From the NCBI RefSeq assembly GCF_963921235.1, contig NC_086098.1:868001-932000 (forward strand): a DNA stretch of 64,000 bases, given 5' to 3'. The notes under the pieces were generated by a model. That model saw only the letters and a list, made by a program, of their open reading frames with translations, was not told the DNA's origin and ran no database searches. Shown one piece after another: positions 15,201-30,200 of the stretch (position 1 is the stretch's first letter; each line of letters starts with the position of its first letter). This DNA comes from Mobula hypostoma. Lineage: Eukaryota. A program made the translations under genes and the position numbers.

Positions 15201-18200
15201 ACACCCGTGTCTGTTGTAACACACTGAAACCCCCGTGAATATTGTGACACGCTGAAACCCCCGTGACTATTGTAACACGCTGAAACCCCTGTGAATATTG
15301 TAACACACTGAAACCCCTGTGACCATTGTCAAACACTGCCCTATCACTATTGTAAAACACTGAAACGCCCTGTGACTATTGTAACCCACTGAAACCCCCG
15401 TGGCTATTGTAACACACTGAAAACCCCGTGACAATAGTAACACACTGAAACCCCCATGAATATTGTAACACACTGAAACCCCCGTGACTATTGTAACACA
15501 CTGAAACTCCAGTGAGTATTGTAACATACTGAAAACCCCTTGACTATTGTAACACACTGATACCCACATCACTATTGTAACACACTGAAACCCCCTGTGA
15601 CTATTGGAACACACTGAAACTCCCATCACTATTGTAACACACTGAAACCCCCATGACGATTGTAACATACTGAAACCCCCGTGACTGTTGTAACACACTA
15701 AAATCCCCATGACTGTTGTAACACACTGAAACCCCCGTGAATATTATGACACGCTGAAACCCCCGTGAATATTGTAACACACTGAAACCCCTGTGACCAT
15801 TGTCAAACACTGAAACCCCTATCACTATTGTAAAACACTGAAACACCCTGTGACTATTGTAACACACTGAAACCCCCGTGGCTATTGTAACACACTGAAA
15901 ACCCCGTGACAATAGTAACACACTGAAACCCCCATGAATATTGTAACACACTGAAACCCCCGTGACTATTGTAACACACTGAAACTCCCATCACTATTGT
16001 AACACACTGAAACCCCCGTGGCTATTGTAACACACTGAAACCCCCGTGAATATTGTAACACACTGAAACCCCCGTGGCTATTGTAACACACTGAAACCCC
16101 CGAGAATATTGTAACACACTGAAACCCCCATGAGTATTGTAACACACTGAAACCTCCGTGAATATTCTAACACACTGAAACCCCCATGACTATTGTAACA
16201 CACTGAAATCCCCATGACTATTGTAACACGCTGAAACCCCCGTGACTGTTGTAACACGCTAAAACCCCCGTAAATATTGTAACACACTGAAACACCCATG
16301 CCTATTGTAACATGCTAAAACCCCCGTGACTATTGTAACACGCTGAAACCCCCGTGAGTATTGTAACACACTGAAACCCCGTGACTATTGTAACACGCTG
16401 AAACACCCCTTGAATATTGTAACACACTGAAACGCTCGAGAATATTATAACACACTGAAACCCCCGTGACTATTGTAACGAACTGAAATCCCCGTGAGTG
16501 TTATAACACACTGAAACCCCCGTGAATATTGTGACGAACTGAAACCCCCGTGACTATTGTAACACACTGAAACCCCCGTGAATATTGTAACACACTGAAA
16601 CCCCCATGATTATTGTAACACACTGAAACCACCGTGAATATTGTAACACACTGAAAGCCCCGTATATATTCTAACACACTGAAATCCCGGTGACTATTGT
16701 AACATACTCAAAACCCCGTGACTGTTGGAACACACTGAAACCCCCATCACTATTGTAACACACTGAAACCCCTGTGAATATTGTAACACACTGAAACCCC
16801 TGTGACCATTGTCAAACACTGCCCTATCACTATTGTAAAACACTGAAACGCCCTGTGACTATTGTAACCCACTGAAACCCCCATGGCTATTGTAACACAC
16901 TGAAAACCCCGTGACAATAGTAACACACTGAAACCCCCATGAATATTGTAACACACTGAAACCCCCGTGACTATTGTAACACACTGAAACTCCAGTGAGT
17001 ATTGTAACATACTGAAAACCCCTTGACTATTGTAACACACTGATACCCACATCACTATTGTAACACAATGAAACCCCCTGTGACTATTGGAACACACTGA
17101 AACTCCCATCACTATTGTAACACACTGAAACCCCCATGACGATTGTAACATACTGAAACCCCCGTGACTGTTGTAACACACTAAAATCCCCATGACTGTT
17201 GTAACACACTGAAACCCCCGTGAATATTGTAACACACTGAAACCCCTGTGACCATTGTCAAACACTGAAACCCCTATCACTATTGTAAAACACTGAAACA
17301 CCCTGTGACTATTGTAACCCACTGAAACCCCCGTGGCTATTGTAACACACTGAAAACCCCGTGACAATAGTAACACACTGAAACCCCCATGAATATTGTA
17401 ACACACTGAAACCCCCGTGACTATTGTAACACACTGAAACCTCCTGTGACTATTGTAACACGCTCAAAACCCCGTGACCATTGCAACACACTGAAACCCC
17501 CGTGACTATTGTAATGCACTGAAACCCCCGTGACTATTGTAACACACTGAAACTCCCATCACTATTGTAACACACTGAAACCCCCGTGACTATTGTAACA
17601 AACTGAAATCCCCGTGAGTGTTATAACACACTGAAACGCTTGAGAATATTGTAACGCACTGAAACCCCCGTGGCTATTGTAACACACTGAAACCCCCGTG
17701 AATATTGTAACACACTGAAACCCCCGTGACTATTGTAACAAACTGAAATCCCCGTGACTATTGTAACACGCTGAAACCCCCGTGACTGTTGTAACACGCT
17801 AAAACCCCCGTAAATATTGTAACACACTGAAACACCCGTGCCTATTGTAGCATGCTAAAACCCCCGTGACTATTGTAACACGCTGAAACCCCCGTGAATA
17901 TTGTAACAAACTGAAATTCCCATGAGTGTTATAACACACTGAAACCTCCGTGAATATTGTAACACACTGAAACCCCAGAGACTATTGTAACACGCTGAAA
18001 CCCCCGTGACTATTGTAACATGCTGAAACCTCCTGTGACTATTGTAACACGCTGAAACCCCCGTGATTATTGTAACATACTGAAACCCCCGTGAATACTG
18101 TAACACACTGAAACCCCCGTGACTATTGTAACAAACTGAAATCCCCATGAGTGTTATAACACTCTGAAACCTCCGTGAATATTGTAACACACTGAAACCC

Positions 18201-21200
18201 CAGAGACTATTGTAACACGCTGAAACCCCCGTGACTATTGTAACATGCAGAAACCTCCTGTGACTATTGTAACGCGCTGAAACCCCCGTGATTATTGTAA
18301 CACATTGAAAGCCCCGTGAATATTGTAACACACTGAAACCCCCGTGACCATTGTAACACACTGAAACCCCAGAGACTATTGTAACACGCTGAAACCACCG
18401 TGACTATTATAACACGCTGAAACCTCCTGTGACTATTGTAACACGCTGAAACCCCTGTGATTATTGTAACATACTGAAACCCCCGTGAATACTGTAACAG
18501 ACTGAAACCCCCGTGACTATTGTAACACATTGAAAGCCCCGTGAATATTGTAACACACTGAAACACCCGTGACCATTGTAACACACTGAAAGCCCCGTGA
18601 CTATTGTAACGCACTGAAACCCCCGTGACTACTGTAACACACTGAAACGCTCGAGAATATTGTAACGCACTGAAACCCCCGTGACTATTGTAACAAACTG
18701 AAATCCCCGTGAGTGTTATAACACACTGAAACCCCCGTGAATATTGTGACACTCTGAAACCCCCGTGACTATTGTAACACGCTGAAACCCCCGTGAATAT
18801 TGTAACACACTGAAACGCCCGTGACTATTGTAACACACTGAAACCACCGTGAATATTGTAACACTCTGAAACCCGCGTGACTATTGTAACACACTGAAAA
18901 CCCCGTATATATTCTAACACACTGAAACCCCCATGACTATTGTAACACACTGAAATCCCGGTGACTATTGTAACATACTGAAACCCCCGTGACTGTTGTA
19001 ACACACTGAAACCCCCATCACTATTGTAACACACTGAAACCCCCATGACGATGGAAACACACTGAAACACCCGTGTCTGTTGTAACACACTGAAACCCCC
19101 GTGAATATTGTGACACGCTGAAACCCCCGTGACTATTGTAACACGCTGAAACCCCCGTGAATATTGTAACACACTGAAACCCCCGTGACTATTGTAACAC
19201 ACTGAAAGCCCCGTGAATATTGTAACACACTGAAACCCCCGTGACTATTGTAACACGCTGAAACCTCCTGTGACTATTGTAACACGCTCAAAACCCCGTG
19301 ACCATTGCAACAAACTGAAACCCCCGTGACTATTGTAACGCACTGAAACCCCCGTGACTATTGTAACACACTGAAACGCTTGAGAATATTATAACGCACT
19401 GAAACCCCCGTGACTATTGTAACAAACTGAAATCCCCGTGAGTGTTATAACACACTGAAACGCTTGAGAATATTGTAACGCACTGAAACCCCCGTGGCTA
19501 TTGTAACACACTGAAACCCCCGTGAATATTGTAACACACTGAAACCCCCGTGGCTATTGTAACACACTGAAATCCCCGTGACTATTGTAACACGCTGAAA
19601 CCCCCGTGACTGTTGTAACACGTTAAAACCCCCGTAAATATTGTAACACACTGAAACACCCGTGCCTATTGTAGCATGCTAAAACCCCCGTGACTATTGT
19701 AACACGCTGAAACCCCCGTGAATATTGTAACAAACTGAAATCCCCGTGAGTGTTATAACACACTGAAACCTCCGTGAATATTGTAACACACTGAAACCCC
19801 AGAGACTATTGTAACACGCTGAAACCCCCGTGACTATTGTAACATGCAGAAACCTCCTGTGACTATTGTAACACGCTGAAACCCCCGTGATTATTGTAAC
19901 ATACTGAAACCCCCGTGAATACTGTAACACACTGAAACCCCCGTGACTATTGTAACACATTGAAAGCCCCGTGAATATTGTAACACACTGAAACCCCCGT
20001 GACCATTGTAACACACTGAAACCCCAGAGACTATTGCAACACACTGAAACCCCCGTAACTATTGTAACACGCTGAAACCTCCTGTGACTATTCTAACACG
20101 CTGAAACCCCTGTGATTATTGTAACATACTGAAACCCCCGTGAATACTGTAACAGACTGAAACCCCCGTGACTATTGTAACACATTGAAAGCCCCATGAA
20201 TATTGTAACACACTGAAACCCCGTGACCATTGTAACACACTGAAAGCCCTGTGACTATTGTAACGCACTGAAACCCCCGTGAGTATTGTAACACACTGAA
20301 ACGCTCGAGAATATTGTAACGCACTGAAACTCCCGTGACTATTGTAACAAACTGAAATCCCCGTGAGTGTTATAACACACTGAAACCCCCGTGATTGTTG
20401 TGACACTCTGAAACCCCCGTGACTATTGTAACACGCTGAAACCCCCGTGAATATTGTAACACACTGAAACGCCCGTGACTATTGTAACACACTGAAACCA
20501 CCGTGAATATTGTAACACTCTGAAACCCGCGTGACTATTGTAACACACTGAAAACCCCGTATATATTCTAACACACTGAAACCCCCATGACTATTGTAAC
20601 ACACTGAAATCCCGGTGACTATTGTAACATACTGAAACCCCCGTGACTGTTGTAACACACTGAAACCCCCATCACTATTGTAACACACTGAAACCCCCAT
20701 GACGATGGAAACACACTGAAACACCCGTGTCTGTTGTAACACACTGAAACCCCCGTGAATATTGTGACACGCTGAAACCCCCGTGACTATTGTAACACGC
20801 TGAAACCCCTGTGAATATTGTAACACACTGAAACCCCTGTGACCATTGTCAAACACTGCCCTATCACTATTGTAAAAAACACTGAAACGCCCTGTGACTA
20901 TTGTAACCCACTGAAACCCCCATGGCTATTGTAACACACTGAAAACCCCGTGACAATAGTAACACACTGAAACCCCCATGAATATTGTAACACACTGAAA
21001 CCCCCGTGACTATTGTAACACACTGAAACTCCAGTGAGTATTCTAAAATACTGAAAACCCCTTGACTATTGTAACACACTGATACCCACATCACTATTGT
21101 AACACACTGAAACCCCCTGTGACTATTGGAACACACTGAAACTCCCATCACTATTGTAACACACTGAAACCCCCATGACGATTGTAACATACTGAAACCC

Positions 21201-24200
21201 CCGTGACTGTTGTAACACACTAAAATCCCCATGACTGTTGTAACACACTGAAACCCCCATCACTATTGTGACACGCTGAAACCCCCGTGACTATTGTAAC
21301 ACTCTGAAACCCCTGTGACCATTGTCAAACACTGAAACCCCTATCACTATTGTAAAACACTGAAACGCCCTGTGACTATTGTAACCCACTGAAACCCCCG
21401 TGGCTATTGTAACACACTGAAAACCCCGTGACAATAGTAACACACTGAAACCCCCATGAATATTGTAACACACTGAAACCCCCGTGACTATTGTAACACA
21501 CTGAAACTCCCATCACTATTGTAACACACTGAAACCCCCGTGGCTATTGTAACACACTGAAACCCCCGTGAATATTGTAACACACTGAAACCCCCGTGGC
21601 TATTGTAACACACTGAAACCCCCGAGAATATTGTAACACACTGAAACCCCCATGACTATTGTAACACACTGAAACCTCCGTGAATATTCTAACACACTGA
21701 AACCCCCATGACTATTGTAACACACTGAAATCCCCATGACTATTGTAACACGCTGAAACCCCCGTGACTGTTGTAACACGCTAAAACCCCCGTAAATATT
21801 GTAACACACTGAAACACCCATGCCTATTGTAACATGCTAAAACCCCCGTGACTATTGTAACACGCTGAAACCCCCGTGAATACTGTGACATACAAAACCC
21901 CCCGTGAATACTGTAACATACTGAAACCCTCATGACTATTGTAACACACTGAATCCCCCGTGAATATTGTAACACACTGAAACCCCCATCACTATTGTAT
22001 CACACTGAAACCCCCTGTGACTATTGTAACACACTGAAACCCCCGTGAATATTGTAACACACTGAAACCCCCGTGACTATTGTAACACGCTGAAACCCCA
22101 GAGACTATTGTAACACACTGAAACCCCCGTGAATATTGTAACACACTGAAATCCCCGTGAGTGTTATAACACACTGAAACCCACGTGAATATTGTGACAC
22201 TCTGAAACCCCCGTGACTATGGTAACATGCTGAAACCCCCGTGAATATTGTAACACACTGAAACCCCCATGACTATTGTAACACACTGAAACCACCGTCA
22301 TTATTGTAACATACTGAAACCCCGTGAATACTGTAACACACTGAAAACCCCGTGACTATTGTAACACATTGAAAGCCCCGTGAATATTGTAACACACTGA
22401 AACCCCCGTGACCATTGTAACACACTGAAACCCCCGTGACGATTGTAACACACTGAAACACCCGTGACTGTTGTAACACACTGAAACCCCGATCACTGTT
22501 ATAACACACTGAAACCGCCGTGAATATTGTAACACGCTGAAACCCCTGTGAATATTGTAACACACTGAAACCCCCGTGACGATTGTAACATACTGAAACC
22601 CCTGTGACTATTGTAACACACTGAAACCCCTGTGACTATTGTAACACACTGAAATCCCCGTGACTGTTGTAACACACTGAAACCCCTGTGGATATTGTAA
22701 CACACTGAGACCCCGGTGGCTATTGTAAAACACTGAAACCTCCGTGAATATTGTAACACACTGAAACCCCAGTGACTATTGTAACACATTAAAACCCCCG
22801 TGAATATTGTAACACACTGAAACCCCCGTGACTATTGTAACACACTGAAACCCCCGTAACTATTGTAACATACTGAAACCCCTGTGACTATTGTAACACA
22901 CTGAAACCCGCATCACTATTGTAACGCACTGAAACCCCCTGTGACTACAGTAACACACTGAAACTCGCAACACTATTGTGACACACTGAAATCCCCGTGG
23001 CTATTGTAAAACACTGAAACCTCCGTGAATATTGTAACACACTGAAACCCCAGAGACTATTGTAACGCGCTGAAACCCCCGTGACTATTGAAACATGCTG
23101 AAACCTCCTGTGACTATTGTAACACGCTGAAACCCCGTGATTATTGTAACATACTGAAAGCCCCGTGAATACTGTAACACACTGAAACCCCCGTGACTAT
23201 TGTAACACATTGAAAGCCCCATGAATATTGTAGCACGCTGAAACCCCCGTGACTATTATAACACGCTGAAACCTCCTGTGACTATTGTAACACGCTGAAA
23301 ACCCCGTGACCATTGCAACACACTGAAACCCCCGTGACTATTGTAACGCACTGAAACGCTTGAGAATATTATAACGCACTGAAGCCCCCGTGACTATTGT
23401 AACAAACTGAAATCCCCGTGAGTTTTATAACACACTGAAACGCTTGAGAATATTGTAACGCACTGAAACCCCCGTGGCTATTGTAACACACTGAAACCTC
23501 CGTGAATATTGTAACACACTGAAACCCCCGTGGCTATTGTAACACACTGAAATCCCCGTGACTATTGTAACACGCTGAAACCCCCGTGACTGTTGTAACA
23601 CGCTAAAACCCCCGTAAATATTGTAACACACTGAAACACCCGTGCCTATTGTAGCATGCTAAAACCCCCATGACTATTGTAACACGCTGAAACCCCCGTG
23701 AATATTGTAACAAACTGAAATCCCCGTGAGTGTTATAACACACTGAAACCTCCGTGAATATTGTAACACACTGAAACCCCAGAGACTATTGTAACACGCT
23801 GAAACCCCCGTGACTATTGTAACATGCAGAAACCTCCTGTGACTATTGTAACACGCTGAAACCCCCATGATTATTGTAACATACTGAAACCCCCGTGAAT
23901 ACTGTAACACACTGAAACCCCCGTGACTATTGTAACACATTGAAAGCCCCGTGAATATTGTAACACACTGAAACCCCCATGACCATTGTAACACACTGAA
24001 ACCCCAGAGACTATTGTAACACGCTGAAACCCCCGTGACTATTGTAACACGCTGAAACCTCCTGTGATTATTGTAACACGCTGAAACCCCCGTGATTATT
24101 GTAACATACTGAAACCCCGTGAATACTGTAACACACTGAAACCCCCGTGACTATTGTAACACATTGAAAGCCCCGTGAATATTGTAACACACTGAAACCC

Positions 24201-27200
24201 CCGTGACCATTGTAACACACTGAAAGCCCCGTGACTATTGTAACGCACTGAAACCCCCGTGACTATTGTAACACACTGAAACGCTCGAGAATATTGTAAC
24301 GCACTGAAACCCCCGTGACTATTGTAACAAACTGAAATCCCCGTGAGTGTTATAACACACTGAAACCCACGTGAATATTGTGACACTCTGAAACCCCCGT
24401 GACTATTGTAACATGCTGAAACCCCCGTGAATATTGTAACACACTGAAACCCCCATGACTATTGTAACACACTGAAACCACCGTGAATATTGTAACACAC
24501 TGAAACCCGCGTGACTATTGTAACACACTGAAAGCCCCGTATATATTCTAACACACTGAAACCCCCATGACTATTGTAACACACTGAAATCCTGGTGACT
24601 ATTGTAACATACTGAAACCCCCGTGACTGTTGTAACACACTGAAACCCCCATCACTATTGTAACACACTGAAACCCCCATGACGATGGAAACACACTGAA
24701 ACACCCGTGTCTGTTGTAACACACTGAAACCCCCGTGAATATTGTGACACGCTGAAACCCCCGTGACTATTGTAACACGGTGAAACCCCTGTGAATATTG
24801 TAACACACTGAAACCCCTGTGACCATTGTCAAACACTGAAACCCCTATCACTATTGTAAAACACTGAAACGCCCTGTGACTATTGTAACCCACTGAAACC
24901 CCCGTGGCTATTGTAACACACTGAAACCCCCGTGACCATTGTAACACACTGAAAGCCCCGTGACTATTGTAACGCACTGAAACCCCCGTGACTATTGTAA
25001 CACACTGAAACGCTCGAGAATATTGTAATGCACTGAAACCCCCGTGACTATTGTAACAAACTGAAATCCCCGTGAGTGTTATAACACACTGAAACCCCCG
25101 TGAATGTTGTGACACTCTGAAACCCCCGTGACTATTGTAACATGCTGAAACCCCCGTGAATATTGTAACACACTGAAACCCCCGTGACTATTGTAACACA
25201 CTGAAACCACCGTGAATATTGTAACACACTGAAACCCGCGTGACTATTGTAACACACTGAAAGCCCCGTATATATTCTAACACACTGAAACCCCCATGAC
25301 TATTGTAACACACTGAAATCCCGGTGACTATTGTAACATACTGAAACCCCCGTGACTGTTGTAACACACTGAAACCCCCATCACTATTGTAACACACTGA
25401 AACCCCCGTGAATATTGTGACACGCTGAAACCCCCGTGACTATTGTAACACGCTGAAACCCCTGTGAATATTGTAACACACTGAAACCCCTGTGACCATT
25501 GTCAAACACTGAAACCCCTATCACTATTGTAAAACACTGAAACGCCCTGTGACTATTGTAACCCACTGAAACCCCCGTGGCTATTGTAACACACTGAAAA
25601 CCCCGTGACAATAGTAACACACTGAAACCCCCATGAATATTGTAACACACTGAAACCCCCGTGACTATTGTAACACACTGAAACTCCAGTGAGTATTCTA
25701 AAATACTGAAAACCCCTTGACTATTGTAACACACTGATACCCACATCACTATTGTAACACACTGAAACCCCCTGTGACTATTGGAACACACTGAAACTCC
25801 CATCACTATTGTAACACACTGAAACCCCCATGACGATTGTAACATACTGAAACCCCCGTGACTGTTGTAACACACTAAAGTCCCCATGACTGTTGTAACA
25901 CACTGAAACCCCCGTGAATATTATGACACGCTGAAACCCCTGTGACCATTGTCAAACACTGAAACCCCTATCACTATTGTAAAACACTGAAACACCCTGT
26001 GACTATTGTAACCCACTGAAACCCCCGTGGCTATTGTAACACACTGAAAACCCCGTGACAATAGTAACACACTGAAACCCCCATGAATATTGTAACACAC
26101 TGAAACCCCCGTGACTATTGTAACACACTGAAACTCCCATCACTATTGTAACACACTGAAACCCCCGTGGCTATTGTAACACACTGAAACCCCCGTGAAT
26201 ATTGTAACACACTGAAACCCCCGTGGCTATTGTAACACACTGAAACGCTTGAGAATATTGTAACGCACTGAAACCCCCGTGGCTATTGTAACACACTGAA
26301 ACCCCCGTGACTATTGTAACACACTGAAACCCCCGTGAATATTGTAACACACTGAAACCCCCGTGACTATTGTAACACACTGAAACCCCCGTGAATATTG
26401 TAACACACTGAAACCCCCATGACTATTGTAACACACTGAAACCTCCGTGAATATTCTAACACACTGAAACCCCCATGACTATTGTAACACACTGAAATCT
26501 CCATGACTGTTGTAACACACTGAAACCCCCGTGAATATTATGACACGCTGAAACCCCCTTGACTATTGTAACACGCTGAAACCCCCGTGAATATTGTAAC
26601 ACACTGAAACCCCTGTGACCATTGTCAAACACTGAAACCCCTATCACTATTGTAAAACACTGAAACACCCAGTGACTATTGTAACCCACTGAAACCCCCG
26701 TGGCTATTGTAACACACTGAAAACCCCGTGACAATAGTAACACACTGAAACCCCCATGAATATTGTAACACACTGAAACCCCCGTGACTATTGTAACACA
26801 CTGAAACTCCCATCACTATTGTAACACACTGAAACCCCAGAGACTATTGTAACGCGCTGAAACCCCCGTGAGTATTGTAACATGCTGAAACCTCCTGTGA
26901 CTATTGTAACACGCTGAAACCCCCGTGATTATTGTAACATACTGAAAGCCCCGTGAATACTGTAACACACTGAAAACCCCGTGACTATTGTAACACATTG
27001 AAAGCCCCGTGAATATTGTAACACGCTGAAACCCCCGTGACTATTGTAACACGCTGAAATCTCCTGTGACTATTGTAACACGCTGAAAACCCCGTGACCA
27101 TTGCAACACACTGAAACCCCCGTGAATATTGTAACGCACTGAAACCCCCGTGACTATTGTAACACACTGAAACGCTTGAGAATATTGTAACATGCTAAAA

Positions 27201-30200
27201 CCCCCGTGACTATTGTAACACGCTGAAATCCCCGTGAATATTGTAACGAACTGAAATCCCCGTGAGTGTTATAACACACTGAAACCCCCGTGAATATTGT
27301 GACACTCTGAAATCCCCGTGACTATTGTAACACGCTGAAACCCCCGTGACTATTGTAACATGCAGAAACCTCCTGTGACTATTGTAACATGCTGAAACCC
27401 CCGTGAATATTGTAACACACTGAAACCCCCATGAATATTGTAACACACTGAAACCACCGTGAATATTGTAACACACTGAAAGCCCCGTATATATTCTAAC
27501 ACACTGAAATCCCGGTGACCATTGTAACATACTCAAAACCCCGTGACTGTTGGAACACACTGAAACCCCCATCACTATTGTAACACACTGAAACACCCGT
27601 GACTGTTGTAACACACTGAAACCCCCCTGACTATTGTAACACGCTGAAATCCTCATGCGTACTGTAACACGTTGAAACCCACATGAATATTGTAACACAC
27701 TGAAACCCCCGTGACTATTGTAACACACTGAAACCCCCGTGAATACTGTGACATACAAAACCCCCCGTGAATACTGTAACATACTGAAACCCTCATGACT
27801 ATTGTAACACACTGAATCCCCCGTGAATATTGTAACACACTGAAACCCCCATCACTATTGTATCACACTGAAACCCCCTGTGACTATTGTAACACGTTGA
27901 AACCCCCGTGAATATTGTAACACACTGAAACCCCCGTGACTATTGTAACACGCTGAAACCCCAGAGACTATTGTAACACATTGAAACCCCCGTGAATATT
28001 GTAACACACTGAAATCCCCGTGAGTGTTATAACACACTGAAACCCACGTGAATATTGTGACACTCTGAAACCCCCGTGACTATGGTAACATGCTGAAACC
28101 CCCGTGAATATTGTAACACACTGAAACCCCCATGACTATTGTAACACACTGAAACCACCGTCATTATTGTAACATACTGAAACCCCGTGAATACTGTAAC
28201 ACACTGAAAACCCCGTGACTATTGTAACACATTGAAAGCCCCGTGAATATTGTAACACACTGAAACCCCCGTGACCATTGTAACACACTGAAACCCCCGT
28301 GACGATTGTAACACACTGAAACACCCGTGACTGTAGTAACACACTGAAACCCCGATCACTGTTATAACACACTGAAACCCCCGTGACTGTTGTAACACGC
28401 TGAAACCCCCGTGAATATTGTAACGCACTGAATCCCCCGTGACGATTGTAACATACTGAAACCCCTGTGACTATTGTAACACACTGAAACCCCTGTGACT
28501 ATTGTAACACACTGAAATCCCCGTGACTGTTGTAACACACTGAAACCCCCGTGGATATTGTAACACACTGAGACCCCTGTGACTATTGTAACACACTGAA
28601 ACCCCCGTGAATATTGTAACACACTGAAACCCCCGTGACTATTGTAACACACTGAAACCCCCGTGAATATTGTAACACACTGAAACCCCCGTGACTATTG
28701 TAACACACTGAAACCCCCGTAACTATTGTAACATACTGAAACCCCTGTGACTATTGTAACACACTGAAACCCGCATCACTATTGTAACGCACTGAAACCC
28801 CCTGTGACTACAGTAACACACTGAAACTCGCAACACTATTGTGACACACTGAAATCCCCGTGGCTATTGTGAAACTCTGAAACCTCCGTGAATATTGTAA
28901 CACACTGAAACCCCAGAGACTATTGTAACACGCTGAAACCCCCGTGACTATTGTAACACATTGAAAACCCCGTGAATATTGTAACACGCTGAAACCCCCG
29001 TGATTATTGTAACATACTGAAAGCCCCGTGAATACTGTAACACACTGAAACCCCCGTGACTATTGTAACACATTGAAAGCCCCATGAATATTGTAGCACG
29101 CTGAAACCCCCGTGACTATTATAACACGCTGAAACCTCCTGTGACTATTGTAACACGCTGAAAACCCCGTGACCATTGCAACACACTGAAACCCCCGTGA
29201 CTATTGTAACACACTGAAACGCTCGAGAATATTGTAACGCACTGAAACCCCCGTGACTATTGTAACAAACTGAAATCCCCGTGAGTATTGTAACACACTG
29301 AAACCCCAGAGAATATTGTAACACACTGAACCCCCCGTGACTATTGTAACACACTGAAACCCCCGTGAATATTGTAACACACTGAAACCCCCGTGGCTAT
29401 TGTAACACACTGAAATCCCCGTGACTATTGTAACACGCTGAAACCCCCGTGACTGTTGTAACACGCTAAAACCCCCGTAAATATTGTAACACACTGAAAC
29501 ACCCGTGCCTATTGTAGCATGCTAAAACCCCCATGACTATTGTAACACGCTGAAACCCCCGTGAATATTGTAACAAACTGAAATCCCCGTGAGTGTTATA
29601 ACACACTGAAACCTCCGTGAATATTGTAACACACTGAAACCCCAGAGACTATTGTAACACGCTGAAACCCCCGTGACTATTGTAACATGCAGAAACCTCC
29701 TGTGACTATTGTAACACGCTGAAACCCCCGTGATTATTGTAACATACTGAAACCCCCGTGAATATTGTAACACACTGAAACCCCCGTGACTATTGTAACA
29801 CACTGAAACCCCCGTGAATATTGTAACACACTGAAACCCCCATGACTATTGTAACACACTGAAACCCCAGAGACTATTGTAACACGCTGAAACCCCCGTG
29901 ACTATTGTAACACGCTGAAACCTCCTGTGACTATTGTAACACGCTGAAACCCCTGTGATTATTGTAACATACTGAAACCCCCGTGAATACTGTAACAGAC
30001 TGAAACCCCCGTGACTATTGTAACACATTGAAAGCCCCGTGAATATTGTAACACACTGAAACCCCCGTGACCATTGTAACACACTGAAAGCCCCGTGACT
30101 ATTGTAACGCACTGAAATCCTCATGCGTACTGTAACACGTTGAAACCCACATGAATATTGTAACACACTGAAACCCCCGTGACTATTGTAACACACTGAA

